Both the position numbers and the translations under genes were made by a program. From IMG/VR virus record IMGVR_UViG_3300032665_000003: a stretch of DNA of 64,000 nt; one strand, 5' to 3'. Numbering within the stretch: the first letter of the stretch is position 1; every line of letters begins with the position of its first letter. The notes under the pieces are model-generated. The model was not told where the DNA came from. It was given only the letters and a program-made list of their open reading frames with translations, and ran no database searches. Shown piece after piece: positions 8,926 to 17,446 of this stretch. Origin of the DNA: a virus. Its lineage: Duplodnaviria > Heunggongvirae > Uroviricota > Caudoviricetes.

Positions 8926-9159
8926 TTATCCGAACCAGGCTGAGGCCAACACCTGAATGTCTTCATCGGCTTGGTCAAAAGCCACACAATCGTTGATTGC
9001 GTCAACTACATCCATAGCGTCGTCTTCGTCTAATCCTTGCTCTCGTAGTGAGTTTAGATAGTTTTCAAGCGCAGGGTTTACCTTACGGGTGAAGTCAACG
9101 TTAATGATATTGCTCATGTTAGTCTCCGTTATTGTTACTGTTTTACAGTACGACAGCAT
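8926..9159 (-). CDS. small acidic hypothetical protein
   Basis: ORF track. Confidence 0.3.
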   Translation of the reverse strand: MLSYCKTVTITETNMSNIINVDFTRKVNPALENYLNSLREQGLDEDDAMDVVDAINDCVAFDQADEDIQVLASAWFG

Positions 9160-9200
9160 TTGTACACTGTCAACTGTTTCGGGTGTTATTTAGTATATTT

Positions 9201-9285
9201 TGGTAGCCGCGGTCGGAGTCGAACCGACATGCCCAAAGCGAGGGATTTTAAGTCCCTTGTGTCTTACCAGTTTCACCACGCGGCC
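9201..9285 (-). tRNA. tRNA-Leu (TAA), type II
   Basis: Acceptor GGCCGCG/CGCGGCT, anticodon arm AGGGA-CTTAAAA-TCCCT, variable arm, T-arm GTCGG-TTCGACT-CCGAC, CCA encoded. Confidence 0.75.
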
Positions 9286-9513
9286 ATAATTTTAGTCTTC
9301 GACTGCCTTCCATTCGAGGAATCCGGTATGAAAGATTCGAACGATATGTCCGGTAATTTCATTGATCATCGAACGATAATCGTCAGACTCCTTAAGAGTC
9401 ATGTAACCTTGCCTGTAGTAGTGAGCAACAGCTTCGGCACCAGACGCGAAAATCATTGTTCAGCTCCTTTGTTCAATCTCTATGATGCATAGTAGCAAAT
9501 CATTTTCTTACTG

Positions 9514-9855
9514 TCAACCGGCTATTTTAATTTCTTTGTAAACTTCCCTACCGTTAACATACCAATGTTTAGTTCCATCTGCACATTCAATCGCAGGGCC
9601 GTCTTCTCGGTGACGTTGTCCGTTAAAATACCATTCTTTGTCACCGTTAGCACGTTCCAACGCAGGGCCGTCTTCTCGGTGAAGTTCTCCGTAGCGATAC
9701 CAACATACGCTGTTAATACCAATTACTGCAGGGCCGGCTTCTCGGTGTAGGGTTCTATTCAAAAACCACATACGAGTTCCGCTACTATACGTAACGACTC
9801 TATAACCCTTTAGAGTATCCCACATCATTTGTTCATCAGATATCGGCGGTAGCAT
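9514..9855 (-). CDS. MORN-repeat protein
   Basis: HREDGPA repeats; shares the N-terminus MLPPISDEQMMW with 1053..1370. Confidence 0.5.
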   Translation of the reverse strand: MLPPISDEQMMWDTLKGYRVVTYSSGTRMWFLNRTLHREAGPAVIGINSVCWYRYGELHREDGPALERANGDKEWYFNGQRHREDGPAIECADGTKHWYVNGREVYKEIKIAG

Positions 9856-10120
9856 GTTCTCTGTTCTTTTGTGTGAGTTCTCGGTGTTTTTCTTCGGTCA
9901 TGTTTTGGTCGTTTAGATACCAATACCGAGTTCCATCCGCATCTTCAACCGCCGGGCCGTCTTCTCGGTGAAGTTCTCCGTAGCGATACCAAGCCCGAGT
10001 TCCGTTCGCATGTTCAACCGCAGGGCCGTCTTCTCGGTGCCACTGCCCGTTTAGAGACCACCACCGCTCGCCGGGCCTGTCCACATCAATAGTATACCCC
10101 TTAAGGATATACCACATCAT
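9836..10120 (-). CDS. MORN-repeat protein paralogue; the conserved start ATG reads ATT here
   Basis: The upstream in-frame sequence translates as ILPPISDEQMMW (ATT instead of ATG). Overlaps the next MORN ORF by 20 nt. Confidence 0.45.
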   Translation of the reverse strand: MMWYILKGYTIDVDRPGERWWSLNGQWHREDGPAVEHANGTRAWYRYGELHREDGPAVEDADGTRYWYLNDQNMTEEKHRELTQKNREHATADI

Positions 10121-10164
10121 TTGTTCATCAGATATCGGCGGTAGAATAACTAAACCTAAATCAG

Positions 10165-10398
10165 TTAAAGCATGGACTCTTTAAATTCTTCGTAGAGATA
10201 CATGTCTTCCATAGCTACAAGAAGCATGTCACCATTGGCGATGATTCGGTCTCCGGCACAATTGCGCATGATGTATTCAGCGTATTGCCTGATAAATTCC
10301 TCAGTTCCAAATGCAGCTTCAAAGTCTTGTTCAGATTTAAACATCATGCTCATATCCTCTTTATAAGAGAATGTACTGTATGATATGAAACAAGTCAA
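10165..10398 (-). CDS. hypothetical protein (77 aa)
   Basis: ORF track; a GTTGAC -35-like element lies upstream on the minus strand. Confidence 0.35.
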   Translation of the reverse strand: MTCFISYSTFSYKEDMSMMFKSEQDFEAAFGTEEFIRQYAEYIMRNCAGDRIIANGDMLLVAMEDMYLYEEFKESML

Positions 10399-10414
10399 CT
10401 GTTTTTTACGTATT

Positions 10415-10489
10415 TGGCACCAGTGGAGAGAATCGAACTCCCGCTTGGGGTTTTGGAGACCCTCGCACTACCACTATACTACACTGGTA
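10415..10489 (-). tRNA. tRNA-Trp (CCA)
   Basis: Acceptor ACCAGTG/CACTGGT, anticodon loop CTCCAAA, T-arm GGGAG-TTCGATT-CTCTC, CCA encoded. Confidence 0.75.
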
Positions 10490-10492
10490 TAG

Positions 10493-10933
10493 TTACTCGG
10501 ATTCAGGAATAGGAAGATCAACCAGATCATGTTCACGATCCAAATATTTCATGTCGATATGAACTGGATCCATGATCTTAAGCGATTCAACAACGTCATA
10601 TGGATCGAGCGGCCCGCACGTATAAACGTCGAGTTGTACCATTGCCGGGCTCTGTTCATCCCAGATATGCATGACAATATGACTGGTCTCAATAATAGTG
10701 GCAGCGGTCAATCCGCGATTACCTTCCATATCACTATAAACAGCATAGGGTCCCATGAGAATTTTCATACCAATACGGTCAATAAGAGCAGGCATCCACT
10801 CTTTAGATACCTTCTCAGGACAAACCATTGGTTTATTGACTTCTGCACGGACGATCAAATGCTTGTGAAATAGGGCCAACTTCTTATTACCTTTCTTAAT
10901 ATCATATTTATTTAAATGAAAAAGCCGCAGCAT
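10493..10933 (-). CDS. speD: S-adenosylmethionine decarboxylase proenzyme (pyruvoyl-dependent, SpeD/SpeH-like)
   Basis: Motif LTAATIIETSHIVMHIWDE..VDVYTCG, with an E-S self-cleavage site typical of bacterial AdoMetDC. The start is trimmed to the Met downstream of tRNA-Val. Confidence 0.55.
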   Translation of the reverse strand: MLRLFHLNKYDIKKGNKKLALFHKHLIVRAEVNKPMVCPEKVSKEWMPALIDRIGMKILMGPYAVYSDMEGNRGLTAATIIETSHIVMHIWDEQSPAMVQLDVYTCGPLDPYDVVESLKIMDPVHIDMKYLDREHDLVDLPIPESE

Positions 10934-10960
10934 TTTCCTGTATGCGCGGCTTCTTCTAAA

Positions 10961-11036
10961 TGGTAGGCCCTGACAGGATCGAACTGCCGACATTCTGCGT
11001 GTAAAGCAGACGCTCTCCCAGCTGAGCTAAGGGCCC
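10961..11036 (-). tRNA. tRNA-Val (TAC)
   Basis: Canonical cloverleaf GGGCCCT..AGGGCCT; anticodon arm TCTGC-TTTACAC-GCAGA. Confidence 0.8.
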
Positions 11037-11101
11037 GTATTTTTTTGTATTCTTACAAATACTTGTTACGTTTAGTTACCTTTTTGTAACGACTTCTATT
11101 A

Positions 11102-11178
11102 TGGTCGGAGATGCAGGATTCGAACCTGCGACCCTCTGCTCCCAAAGCAGATGCGCTACCAGACTGCGCTAATCTCCG
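11102..11178 (-). tRNA. tRNA-Pro (TGG)
   Basis: Anticodon arm TCTGC-TTTGGGA-GCAGA, T-arm GCAGG-TTCGAAT-CCTGC, CCA encoded. Confidence 0.8.
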
Positions 11179-11260
11179 TTATATAAAACACACGGGCTAA
11201 GAGTGGGTATTTTCCCTCTCAATTGCTCTGCTACATTAATCCCGTAGCAGACCCTAATAT

Positions 11261-11336
11261 TGGTGGAGACAACAGGACTCGAACCCGCCACCTACTGGAT
11301 GCAAACCAGTCGCTCTACCAGATGAGCTATGTCCCC
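11261..11336 (-). tRNA. tRNA-Ala (TGC)
   Basis: Anticodon arm ACTGG-TTTGCAT-CCAGT; GGGGACA acceptor; CCA encoded. Confidence 0.8.
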
Positions 11337-11403
11337 TTGTATTTCGTAAAAGTATTTAGTTTTCTACTATGACACAATTTTTATTCTGTGTCAAGTTATA
11401 TTT

Positions 11404-11478
11404 TGGCGTCCCGAGAGAGAATCGAACTCCCATTCAGAGTTTAGAAGACTCTTGTCTTATCCATTAAACGACCGGGAC
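11404..11478 (-). tRNA. tRNA-Arg (TCT)
   Basis: Anticodon arm AGAGT-CTTCTAA-ACTCT; T-arm GGGAG-TTCGATT-CTCTC; CCA encoded. Confidence 0.8.
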
Positions 11479-11493
11479 ATATATTGTACACAA

Positions 11494-11537
11494 TGGCGCG
11501 AATAGGTTCAGGCTCTAATCCGCTGAGCTATGGAGCC
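11494..11537 (-). pseudogene. tRNA fragment: acceptor and D-arm (GGCTCCATAGCTCAGCGGATTAGAGCC) without an anticodon arm
   Basis: 44-nt tRNA-like 5' half ending ...CGCGCCA. Confidence 0.35.
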
Positions 11538-11641
11538 ATTAACTAATCTCTTATCGTTTTCTTATTCTATACTATCAAAAGAAAAAGTCAAGGGTTCTGA
11601 ACCCTTGACTTGATCATTCTCGATGATATTTTACAGTAGAA

Positions 11642-11986
11642 TTAGGTTGGTTCCGAAGTTTGAATTTGAGCCGTTTGTGCTGCAAGATCAGAAGTATGTG
11701 CAATGATAATTTGCTTAAACTTTGCAATTTCAGCTTCCGCATCTGCAATTGCTCGGGCACCTTGATTAATTGTTTCTTGGTGCGCGTCTCGTGACTTTTT
11801 CAATGCATCTTGTAACTGTGTTTTAAGTAAACTAACTTCTGCATTGGTTTCAATCGCAAGTTTTCGTGACCGTTCAAATAAAATCTTTGCGTCAGTCTCT
11901 ACTTCCTCTACGAACGTATCTACTAGCTGAATTGCCTTTTTTTCTTCTGTTTTAGCTTCTGAAAAAATATTTAAAAAATTAGCCAT
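11642..11986 (-). CDS. hypothetical coiled-coil protein (114 aa)
   Basis: ORF track. Confidence 0.4.
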   Translation of the reverse strand: MANFLNIFSEAKTEEKKAIQLVDTFVEEVETDAKILFERSRKLAIETNAEVSLLKTQLQDALKKSRDAHQETINQGARAIADAEAEIAKFKQIIIAHTSDLAAQTAQIQTSEPT

Positions 11987-12037
11987 AAGAGTCTCCTTAC
12001 GTGACTATTTATCTTTGTTTGGTGCCGGCACCAAGGA

Positions 12038-12550
12038 TTAGTAGCTTTTGCCTTCAGCATAACGTTGTCTTCTAGTGTGTCTACCGTTACCTTTATTTTT
12101 GGCCTTATAAGTAGGTGTTTGGCTATGACAATTGGGACATAGCAAACAAAGATTTTCTAATGCATTGTTATCACTATTACCGTCTTTATGTTCTAGTTCT
12201 AATGTTATAGGTTTAGAATTGTAATCACTGATTCCGCATTCTGTGCATTTATAACCAAATGTTTCTTTTAAGTATCGACGGATAGCACCTAACCCGGGTG
12301 CTTGGTTTTCATCTAACCACTGTTTAATTTTTAAAGAAAAAATGTGATCATTTTGACATTTATTATTACAATATTTGCCCTTACTAGAAATACTATTATT
12401 ACAGTAAACACATATATTTGTATAAATTATTTTTCTTTTAGCATTATTACAGGCAGCAGAACAAGACGAATTGCAAAACAATCTATGACGATGTTCATAT
12501 TTTAAAATCTGACTACAATGTATACACCGTTTAGGATCGATTGTATACAA
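12038..12550 (-). CDS. HNH homing endonuclease
   Basis: Motif ELEHKDGNSDNNALENLCLLCPNCH, with an N-terminal Cys-rich zinc finger. Confidence 0.7.
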   Translation of the reverse strand: MYTIDPKRCIHCSQILKYEHRHRLFCNSSCSAACNNAKRKIIYTNICVYCNNSISSKGKYCNNKCQNDHIFSLKIKQWLDENQAPGLGAIRRYLKETFGYKCTECGISDYNSKPITLELEHKDGNSDNNALENLCLLCPNCHSQTPTYKAKNKGNGRHTRRQRYAEGKSY

Positions 12551-12686
12551 GTTTATCCGATCTTGCTTTTTTGCAGTGTTATTGCAGCGGATTATAATCC
12601 GCCTATTCTGCTTTACTCATACTCATTTTTGAAACTTTCTATTAATTAATAATTATTTATCTTTCAAATATGAAAACGAGCAAAAA

Positions 12687-12761
12687 TGGTGCCCCAAGAG
12701 GGAATTGAACCCCCTGCCTTCGACTTACAAGGTCGCTGCTCTACCGATGAGCTATAAGGGC
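12687..12761 (-). tRNA. tRNA-Thr (TGT)
   Basis: Anticodon loop CTTGTAA; GCCCTTA acceptor; GGGGG-TTCAATT-CCCTC T-arm; CCA encoded. Confidence 0.75.
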
Positions 12762-12835
12762 GTATTTTACGTATTTTTCGAATGAGCTATACCGGCATTA
12801 TCATGTATATATGCATGGTTCCATGCATGAAAATT

Positions 12836-12843
12836 TATAAATA
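12836..12843 (+). promoter_or_regulatory. T4-type late promoter motif TATAAATA
   Basis: TTATAAATAcgtaaaaggaaagctaATG. Confidence 0.4.
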
Positions 12844-12859
12844 CGTAAAAGGAAAGCTA

Positions 12860-13207
12860 ATGAATATAAAACCTATTGTTGACAAAATAAATGATATCAA
12901 CAAGACAATAGCCATACTCATTACAAATTCTGTAGCCACAATGTGGTGTGCTTACCTTTTTGCTATTATAGCGTTTATCAGTTTACCCGAAGCTATTAAG
13001 GGTGGGGTCGCTACTCTGATAAGTTGGATAGCACAGACTTTCTTGCAGTTAGTTTTACTTAGTATAATTATGGTAGGTCAAGCGGTCTTAAATGAAAAAA
13101 CAGAAAAAAGAGCAGACGAAGATCACGAAACTTTATTAAAAGAGTTACAGGAAATCAAAGCTATTCATTCTGATATTCATGAACTACTTAAGAAACACGA
13201 TGAGTAG
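12860..13207 (+). CDS. membrane protein (two or three predicted TM helices); the start is chosen at the Met after the late promoter and RBS
   Basis: MNIKPIVDK...; hydrophobic stretches followed by a charged C-terminus. Confidence 0.4.
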   Translation: MNIKPIVDKINDINKTIAILITNSVATMWCAYLFAIIAFISLPEAIKGGVATLISWIAQTFLQLVLLSIIMVGQAVLNEKTEKRADEDHETLLKELQEIKAIHSDIHELLKKHDE

Positions 13208-13377
13208 TTCGGGCGGGAGTGACGATTCTTCACCCGCTCTTGCCGTCTCTAGAGTACACTAGTCAACGCTGACAGCCTTGCTATTTATTGATCGTTTAAC
13301 TACACTACCGAACTTAAATAATATAGAGTTAACCATGACCCTATGCGGAGTTATTTACGGCTCTCACCCCGTTAGAA

Positions 13378-13454
13378 TGGCTCCCCAGGTTCGGCTCGAA
13401 CGAACGACATTCGGATTAACAGTCCGACGCAACTACCAACTGTGCTACTAGGGA
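13378..13454 (-). tRNA. tRNA-Asn (GTT)
   Basis: Anticodon arm TCGGA-CTGTTAA-TCCGA; T-arm GTTCG-TTCGAGC-CGAAC; CCA encoded. Confidence 0.75.
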
Positions 13455-13506
13455 ATGATATTAAACACCATAAATTAGATTCTCATATTGATTAGATAAA
13501 TAAATC

Positions 13507-14226
13507 ATGTTTCACATTATATACAAAACTACTAACACTGTCAACAACAAAATCTACGTGGGTTATCATTTTCAAGAAAGTGACCCCTTCGCATTTGATG
13601 GATATTTAGGTAGCGGTAAAGGTATCTTAAAGGCTATAAAGAAATACGGGCGATACAAATTTATACGAGAAACGCTACATGTGTTTACTACGGAACATGA
13701 TGCGTTGTCTAAGGAAACTGAAATAGTTAATGAATCATTTATAATGAGGTCCGATGTCTACAATTTAGTACCGGGAGGAGGCAAACCTCCGTCACATAAA
13801 GGAAAGAAAAAAACCGAAAACCACAAAAAGAAAATAGGATGTTCACAAAAAGGGAAAGTTATATCTATAGCGCAACGAGATAAAACTAGCACGACGCTAA
13901 CAGGGAGAAAAGTAGGACCACACTCTGTTGAGCGTAAGAAAAACATTGCTAACGCATTACTTGGTGTAAAACACACCGAAGAACGTAAACAGAAGATGAG
14001 CGATAATCACGCTGACATGTCTGGGGCTAAAAACCCTATGTTCGGTAAAATTGGACCTGCAAATCCAAACTTCGGTAGAAAAGATTCAAGTACAGCAAAA
14101 CTTCGAAAGAAGCAAGCCGCACTTGAATCTCAGGTTATTGTCGAGTGCCCGCATTGCAAAAAGATCGGTAAAAGATCAGGAATGCAAGTTTGGCATTTCG
14201 ACCGCTGTCGCAAATTAAAAATATAG
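13507..14226 (+). CDS. GIY-YIG homing endonuclease with NUMOD-like repeats and a C-terminal CPHC zinc motif
   Basis: N-terminus HIIYKTTNTVNNKIYVGYH (GIY-YIG), repeated xKKxxxHKK units, and a C-terminal CPHCKKIGKRSGMQVWHFDRC. Confidence 0.75.
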   Translation: MFHIIYKTTNTVNNKIYVGYHFQESDPFAFDGYLGSGKGILKAIKKYGRYKFIRETLHVFTTEHDALSKETEIVNESFIMRSDVYNLVPGGGKPPSHKGKKKTENHKKKIGCSQKGKVISIAQRDKTSTTLTGRKVGPHSVERKKNIANALLGVKHTEERKQKMSDNHADMSGAKNPMFGKIGPANPNFGRKDSSTAKLRKKQAALESQVIVECPHCKKIGKRSGMQVWHFDRCRKLKI

Positions 14227-14778
14227 TCTAATTCTACTGTGTTTTGGAATACCGGACATCAAGTAATCCATTTGGTCAGCAAGGATGCTGCGGTTTTGGA
14301 GAACCAAATGTTCATAATGTGACGGTTCGTACGGTACGTACAGCAACTCCATACCAGCCTGCTTCAACGTCTTACAACCCTTCTTTTGGTTACAAGGCTT
14401 ACAAGCAGTTACGACGTTCATCCATTCATCTTCGCCACCAAGAAACCGCGGCTTGATGTGATCACGACTCAAGAATTGATGACTCGTGTGATGATCACCG
14501 CAATAGGCGCAGACGCTACGGTCACGAGCGAACAAAGTCTTGTTCGTCAGAATAACATGCGTGTGCTTCTTGAAGTCGAAACCAGTGCCCTTAATGGCGA
14601 TGATACTCGGAGTTTCAAGATAGCTTTGGGTACCGTCATTTCTCGTGCCACCACGATAACGAGCAACTACCGAACCTAGCGACCAGGCCACAAGACCCTT
14701 CGCGTGATAAGAAATTGCATCGTCGTTAGATACCCAAGTTCGGGGAATACCCGAAACGTCCAAGGCTAGAATCGCCAT
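14215..14778 (-). CDS. HNH endonuclease (McrA-like)
   Basis: Motif CAYCG...LSRDHIKPRFLGGEDEWMNVVTACKPCNQKKG. Confidence 0.65.
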   Translation of the reverse strand: MAILALDVSGIPRTWVSNDDAISYHAKGLVAWSLGSVVARYRGGTRNDGTQSYLETPSIIAIKGTGFDFKKHTHVILTNKTLFARDRSVCAYCGDHHTSHQFLSRDHIKPRFLGGEDEWMNVVTACKPCNQKKGCKTLKQAGMELLYVPYEPSHYEHLVLQNRSILADQMDYLMSGIPKHSRIRLYF

Positions 14779-15157
14779 AACTGCTCCTATTTTTCTGTAT
14801 TTATCCTATATGTTCATTCTCTCTATTGAACCCTATGTTCAATCCTTGAAATTTCTTCAATTCATCTTATGAGTTAATATAACAAAATGGGCGAACGGCG
14901 TCAACCATTTTATAGACTATTCGTTGAGAATACCTGATTCCCAATTTTCGGCGGCGGACTCTGCATAGTAGATTGACTTGTCCTTAAGATCGATTGTACG
15001 CTTAAGAATTTCGTTTTCGTAGCAAAGCACTACATATCCATCTATGTCAGTGATGACCGCTCTGCGATTAGGTTTAGTATTAGTGTTCATGAGTTTCTCC
15101 TATATACTATTTAAGTACCTAATTTAGGTAATTATTTTTCTATAGGTAAATCGTATT

Positions 15158-15232
15158 TGGTGCCTAGAACAGGATTGAACTGCCGGCCTTCGCTTTACGA
15201 AAGCGCTGCTATACCAATTCCGCCACCTAGGC
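15158..15232 (-). tRNA. tRNA with anticodon loop TTCGTAA (CGT, Thr-like); the anticodon stem is atypical
   Basis: Acceptor GCCTAGG, T-arm GGCAG-TTCAATC-CTGTT, CCA encoded. The anticodon arm GCGCT-TTCGTAA-AGCGA has a G.A closing pair. Confidence 0.6.
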
Positions 15233-15241
15233 ATATTTTAT

Positions 15242-15466
15242 TTAGGATTTAGGTCCGTATTTTTCCATAAGGGCCAGATAGTCGTCAAGAATAACTTGTG
15301 CCTTTTGGCAGGCACTAAAACTTTGTTCACATGCCGGAAGCTTTCCGCCAGCAGCAGAAAAACCGGCAAACCAATGCCTCAATCGCTTCATTTCTTCGAC
15401 TGTATGCGACACGTACAGCTTTGTATGCTTGTCCAAATCCTTTTCAAGCGCGGTCTTCTTAGTCAT
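15242..15466 (-). CDS. hypothetical protein (74 aa)
   Basis: ORF track. Confidence 0.3.
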   Translation of the reverse strand: MTKKTALEKDLDKHTKLYVSHTVEEMKRLRHWFAGFSAAGGKLPACEQSFSACQKAQVILDDYLALMEKYGPKS

Positions 15467-15479
15467 TGTATTTTATCTT

Positions 15480-16157
15480 TCAATAGTTGTGAATTAACGC
15501 ATTGAGCATAGATTTCTCTAGATTTCTACGACTCATCAGTTGTGGAATGATTTCATTTCTCAACCAATTTCTTTCATGGTGATTGTCTTGATTAGTGATA
15601 TCATCAATGAAGGGGATACCGCGCCGATTGCACTGTTCTAAAATAACAGACTTCGGAACCGTAAGAAATGGTTTGCATTTAAAAAATTCTAGGCTTTCGT
15701 CAAATCTAAACTTAGCAAGTCCAAGATTCGAATGAGCGGCGCCCCGCATCAGGTCCAAAAACACTTGTTCGATATTGTCATTGAGGTGGTGTGCAGTTAC
15801 CGCTACAACCTCTTTACCAAGAGTTTTTCTGTAGTTACGCACAAACTCCCAACGCTGACTGCGGGCCTCTGCTTCAAGGTTGGAAGAATCTTTGAGATCC
15901 TTTCCGTAACCAACGACAAAGTTACATTGAATCTGTTTATCCTGAATAAACTGCTGAATGAGTTCCTTGTCGAGATAATCGTTGTCTCGAATACCGTGCT
16001 GAAAATGACAGACAGTAAAACCGATGCCTGCATTATTGCAGAAATCTAGCATGAACATACTGTCGGGTCCTCCTGATACCATCAGCAGGATTTCTCTACG
16101 ATCTTGCGAATACAGATTCACTAATTCTTGTTGAATCTTTTTCCATGCAACTGACAT
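15480..16157 (-). CDS. tilS: tRNA(Ile)-lysidine synthetase (TilS) N-terminal PP-loop domain protein
   Basis: Motifs LLMVSGGPDSMFMLDF ... VCHFQHGIRDNDYLDKELIQQF match the TilS signature (SGGxDS ... HxNHxLR). Confidence 0.7.
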   Translation of the reverse strand: MSVAWKKIQQELVNLYSQDRREILLMVSGGPDSMFMLDFCNNAGIGFTVCHFQHGIRDNDYLDKELIQQFIQDKQIQCNFVVGYGKDLKDSSNLEAEARSQRWEFVRNYRKTLGKEVVAVTAHHLNDNIEQVFLDLMRGAAHSNLGLAKFRFDESLEFFKCKPFLTVPKSVILEQCNRRGIPFIDDITNQDNHHERNWLRNEIIPQLMSRRNLEKSMLNALIHNY

Positions 16158-16177
16158 TTGAGTACCTCTTAGATGAT

Positions 16178-16253
16178 GGTGCCCGCACTAGGATTTGAAC
16201 CTAGGACCCCAGGTTTATGAGACCTGCGCTACTGACCACTGAGCTATACGGGC
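16178..16253 (-). tRNA. tRNA with anticodon CAT, probably tRNA-Ile2 (lysidine) given the adjacent tilS; otherwise elongator Met
   Basis: GCCCGTA/TGCGGGC acceptor; anticodon arm CAGGT-CTCATAA-ACCTG; T-arm CTAGG-TTCAAAT-CCTAG; CCA encoded. Lies 21 nt upstream of the tilS start on the same strand. Confidence 0.75.
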
Positions 16254-16493
16254 ATATTTCTTTAATTTTATCATAACAGATATAAAAAAATTGTCAACCG
16301 GGTTTTTTATTTTCTTTATGGTTGCGACGAGTTAGACCTTTTCTATATCCTATAGGAATTTCGTCCAATGGCGAAATTGATTTGTTAATCACTCCGTTAG
16401 TTATTCTGACTTTGTTTTTAGAGGCTAATGATCTTTTTCTGTTGGCTTCTTGGTGTTCAACTGAATCCGTATTTTTTGGTTTACCTTTATTCG

Positions 16494-16931
16494 CTAACCC
16501 GCCTTTTTAGCTCTTTCTCGCATGGCGTTCGTATAGGAACTATATTCTTCCTCCGTCATTCTGCTGACGTACTCTAAATAAGCTTTTTTGGCCAGAAGAC
16601 TGCGTTCTTCTACTGTTGTTTTTTCTATCCTTGCCAGAGCGCCCTTAAGGGCGCTCTCTTTGGTAAACCCTCCCACTCCGCCCAATCTCATATTATAATT
16701 TGAATGTTCGTTAAAGTTTTCGGTTAGCTTTCGTTCTAAATCATATGCTTCCGTTCGGGTTTCGGATATTAAAAGAATTTCCTTTCGAAAATTTTCTTTT
16801 CCATATTTTGAAATTGCGTTTTTTATTGCAGTTCCGCTCCCGTAATACGAATCCATTGGCTTGTTGGTCTTATGAACTCCTATATAGGTTTTGCTGTTAA
16901 CCAAATTAGTAATTCTATAAACAGTATACAT
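16494..16931 (-). CDS. GIY-YIG homing endonuclease
   Basis: MYTVYRITNLVNSKTYIGVH ... YYGSG. Confidence 0.7.
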   Translation of the reverse strand: MYTVYRITNLVNSKTYIGVHKTNKPMDSYYGSGTAIKNAISKYGKENFRKEILLISETRTEAYDLERKLTENFNEHSNYNMRLGGVGGFTKESALKGALARIEKTTVEERSLLAKKAYLEYVSRMTEEEYSSYTNAMRERAKKAG

Positions 16932-16986
16932 GCGAAATTTTCTCCGAATGTATTTAACATGTCGCAACCTAAACACTTAGATTTTT

Positions 16987-17061
16987 TGGTGCCCCATGAC
17001 AGAATCGAACTGCCGACCTTCGCTTTACGAAAGCGCTGCTATACCTCTTAGCTAATAGGGC
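16987..17061 (-). tRNA. tRNA with anticodon loop TTCGTAA (CGT), paralogue of 15158..15232
   Basis: Identical anticodon arm and a different acceptor (GCCCTAT/ATGGGGC); T-arm GGCAG-TTCGATT-CTGTC; CCA encoded. Confidence 0.6.
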
Positions 17062-17062
17062 G

Positions 17063-17446
17063 TTAGTTATTTACTGTGTTGTCGCCGTGAAACTGTCCGT
17101 ATATACAATGGATAAATTCGTGACCAACAAACTCTGGTTGGTAAGTCACGCTAGGATCCATCATGTGAATTGTGCATGTATCATAACTAGGAGGTTGCAG
17201 CAGGCTAAATGCTACTACGTTAGTAGAATTTACTTTATGATCTGATGCCGTAGTACTCTTATTGAGATACCCTGCTACTACTCGGTTTAATTCCGAAGGT
17301 GATTTATATGTAACTATCTTAATCGTAACTTCGTGCTTCTCGTACTGCTTTTGTTTAAAAGTATAACCATCAGCGCCAACTTGTGAACTTGAATTTGGCG
17401 TACATGCTGCTAACGCAAGCACAGCGATGCATAGTAATTTTTTCAT
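17063..17446 (-). CDS. lipoprotein with an HExxH motif (HEFIHCIYGQFHG); possible small zinc metallopeptidase
   Basis: Signal peptide plus lipobox LAACT; HEFIH motif. Confidence 0.45.
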   Translation of the reverse strand: MKKLLCIAVLALAACTPNSSSQVGADGYTFKQKQYEKHEVTIKIVTYKSPSELNRVVAGYLNKSTTASDHKVNSTNVVAFSLLQPPSYDTCTIHMMDPSVTYQPEFVGHEFIHCIYGQFHGDNTVNN

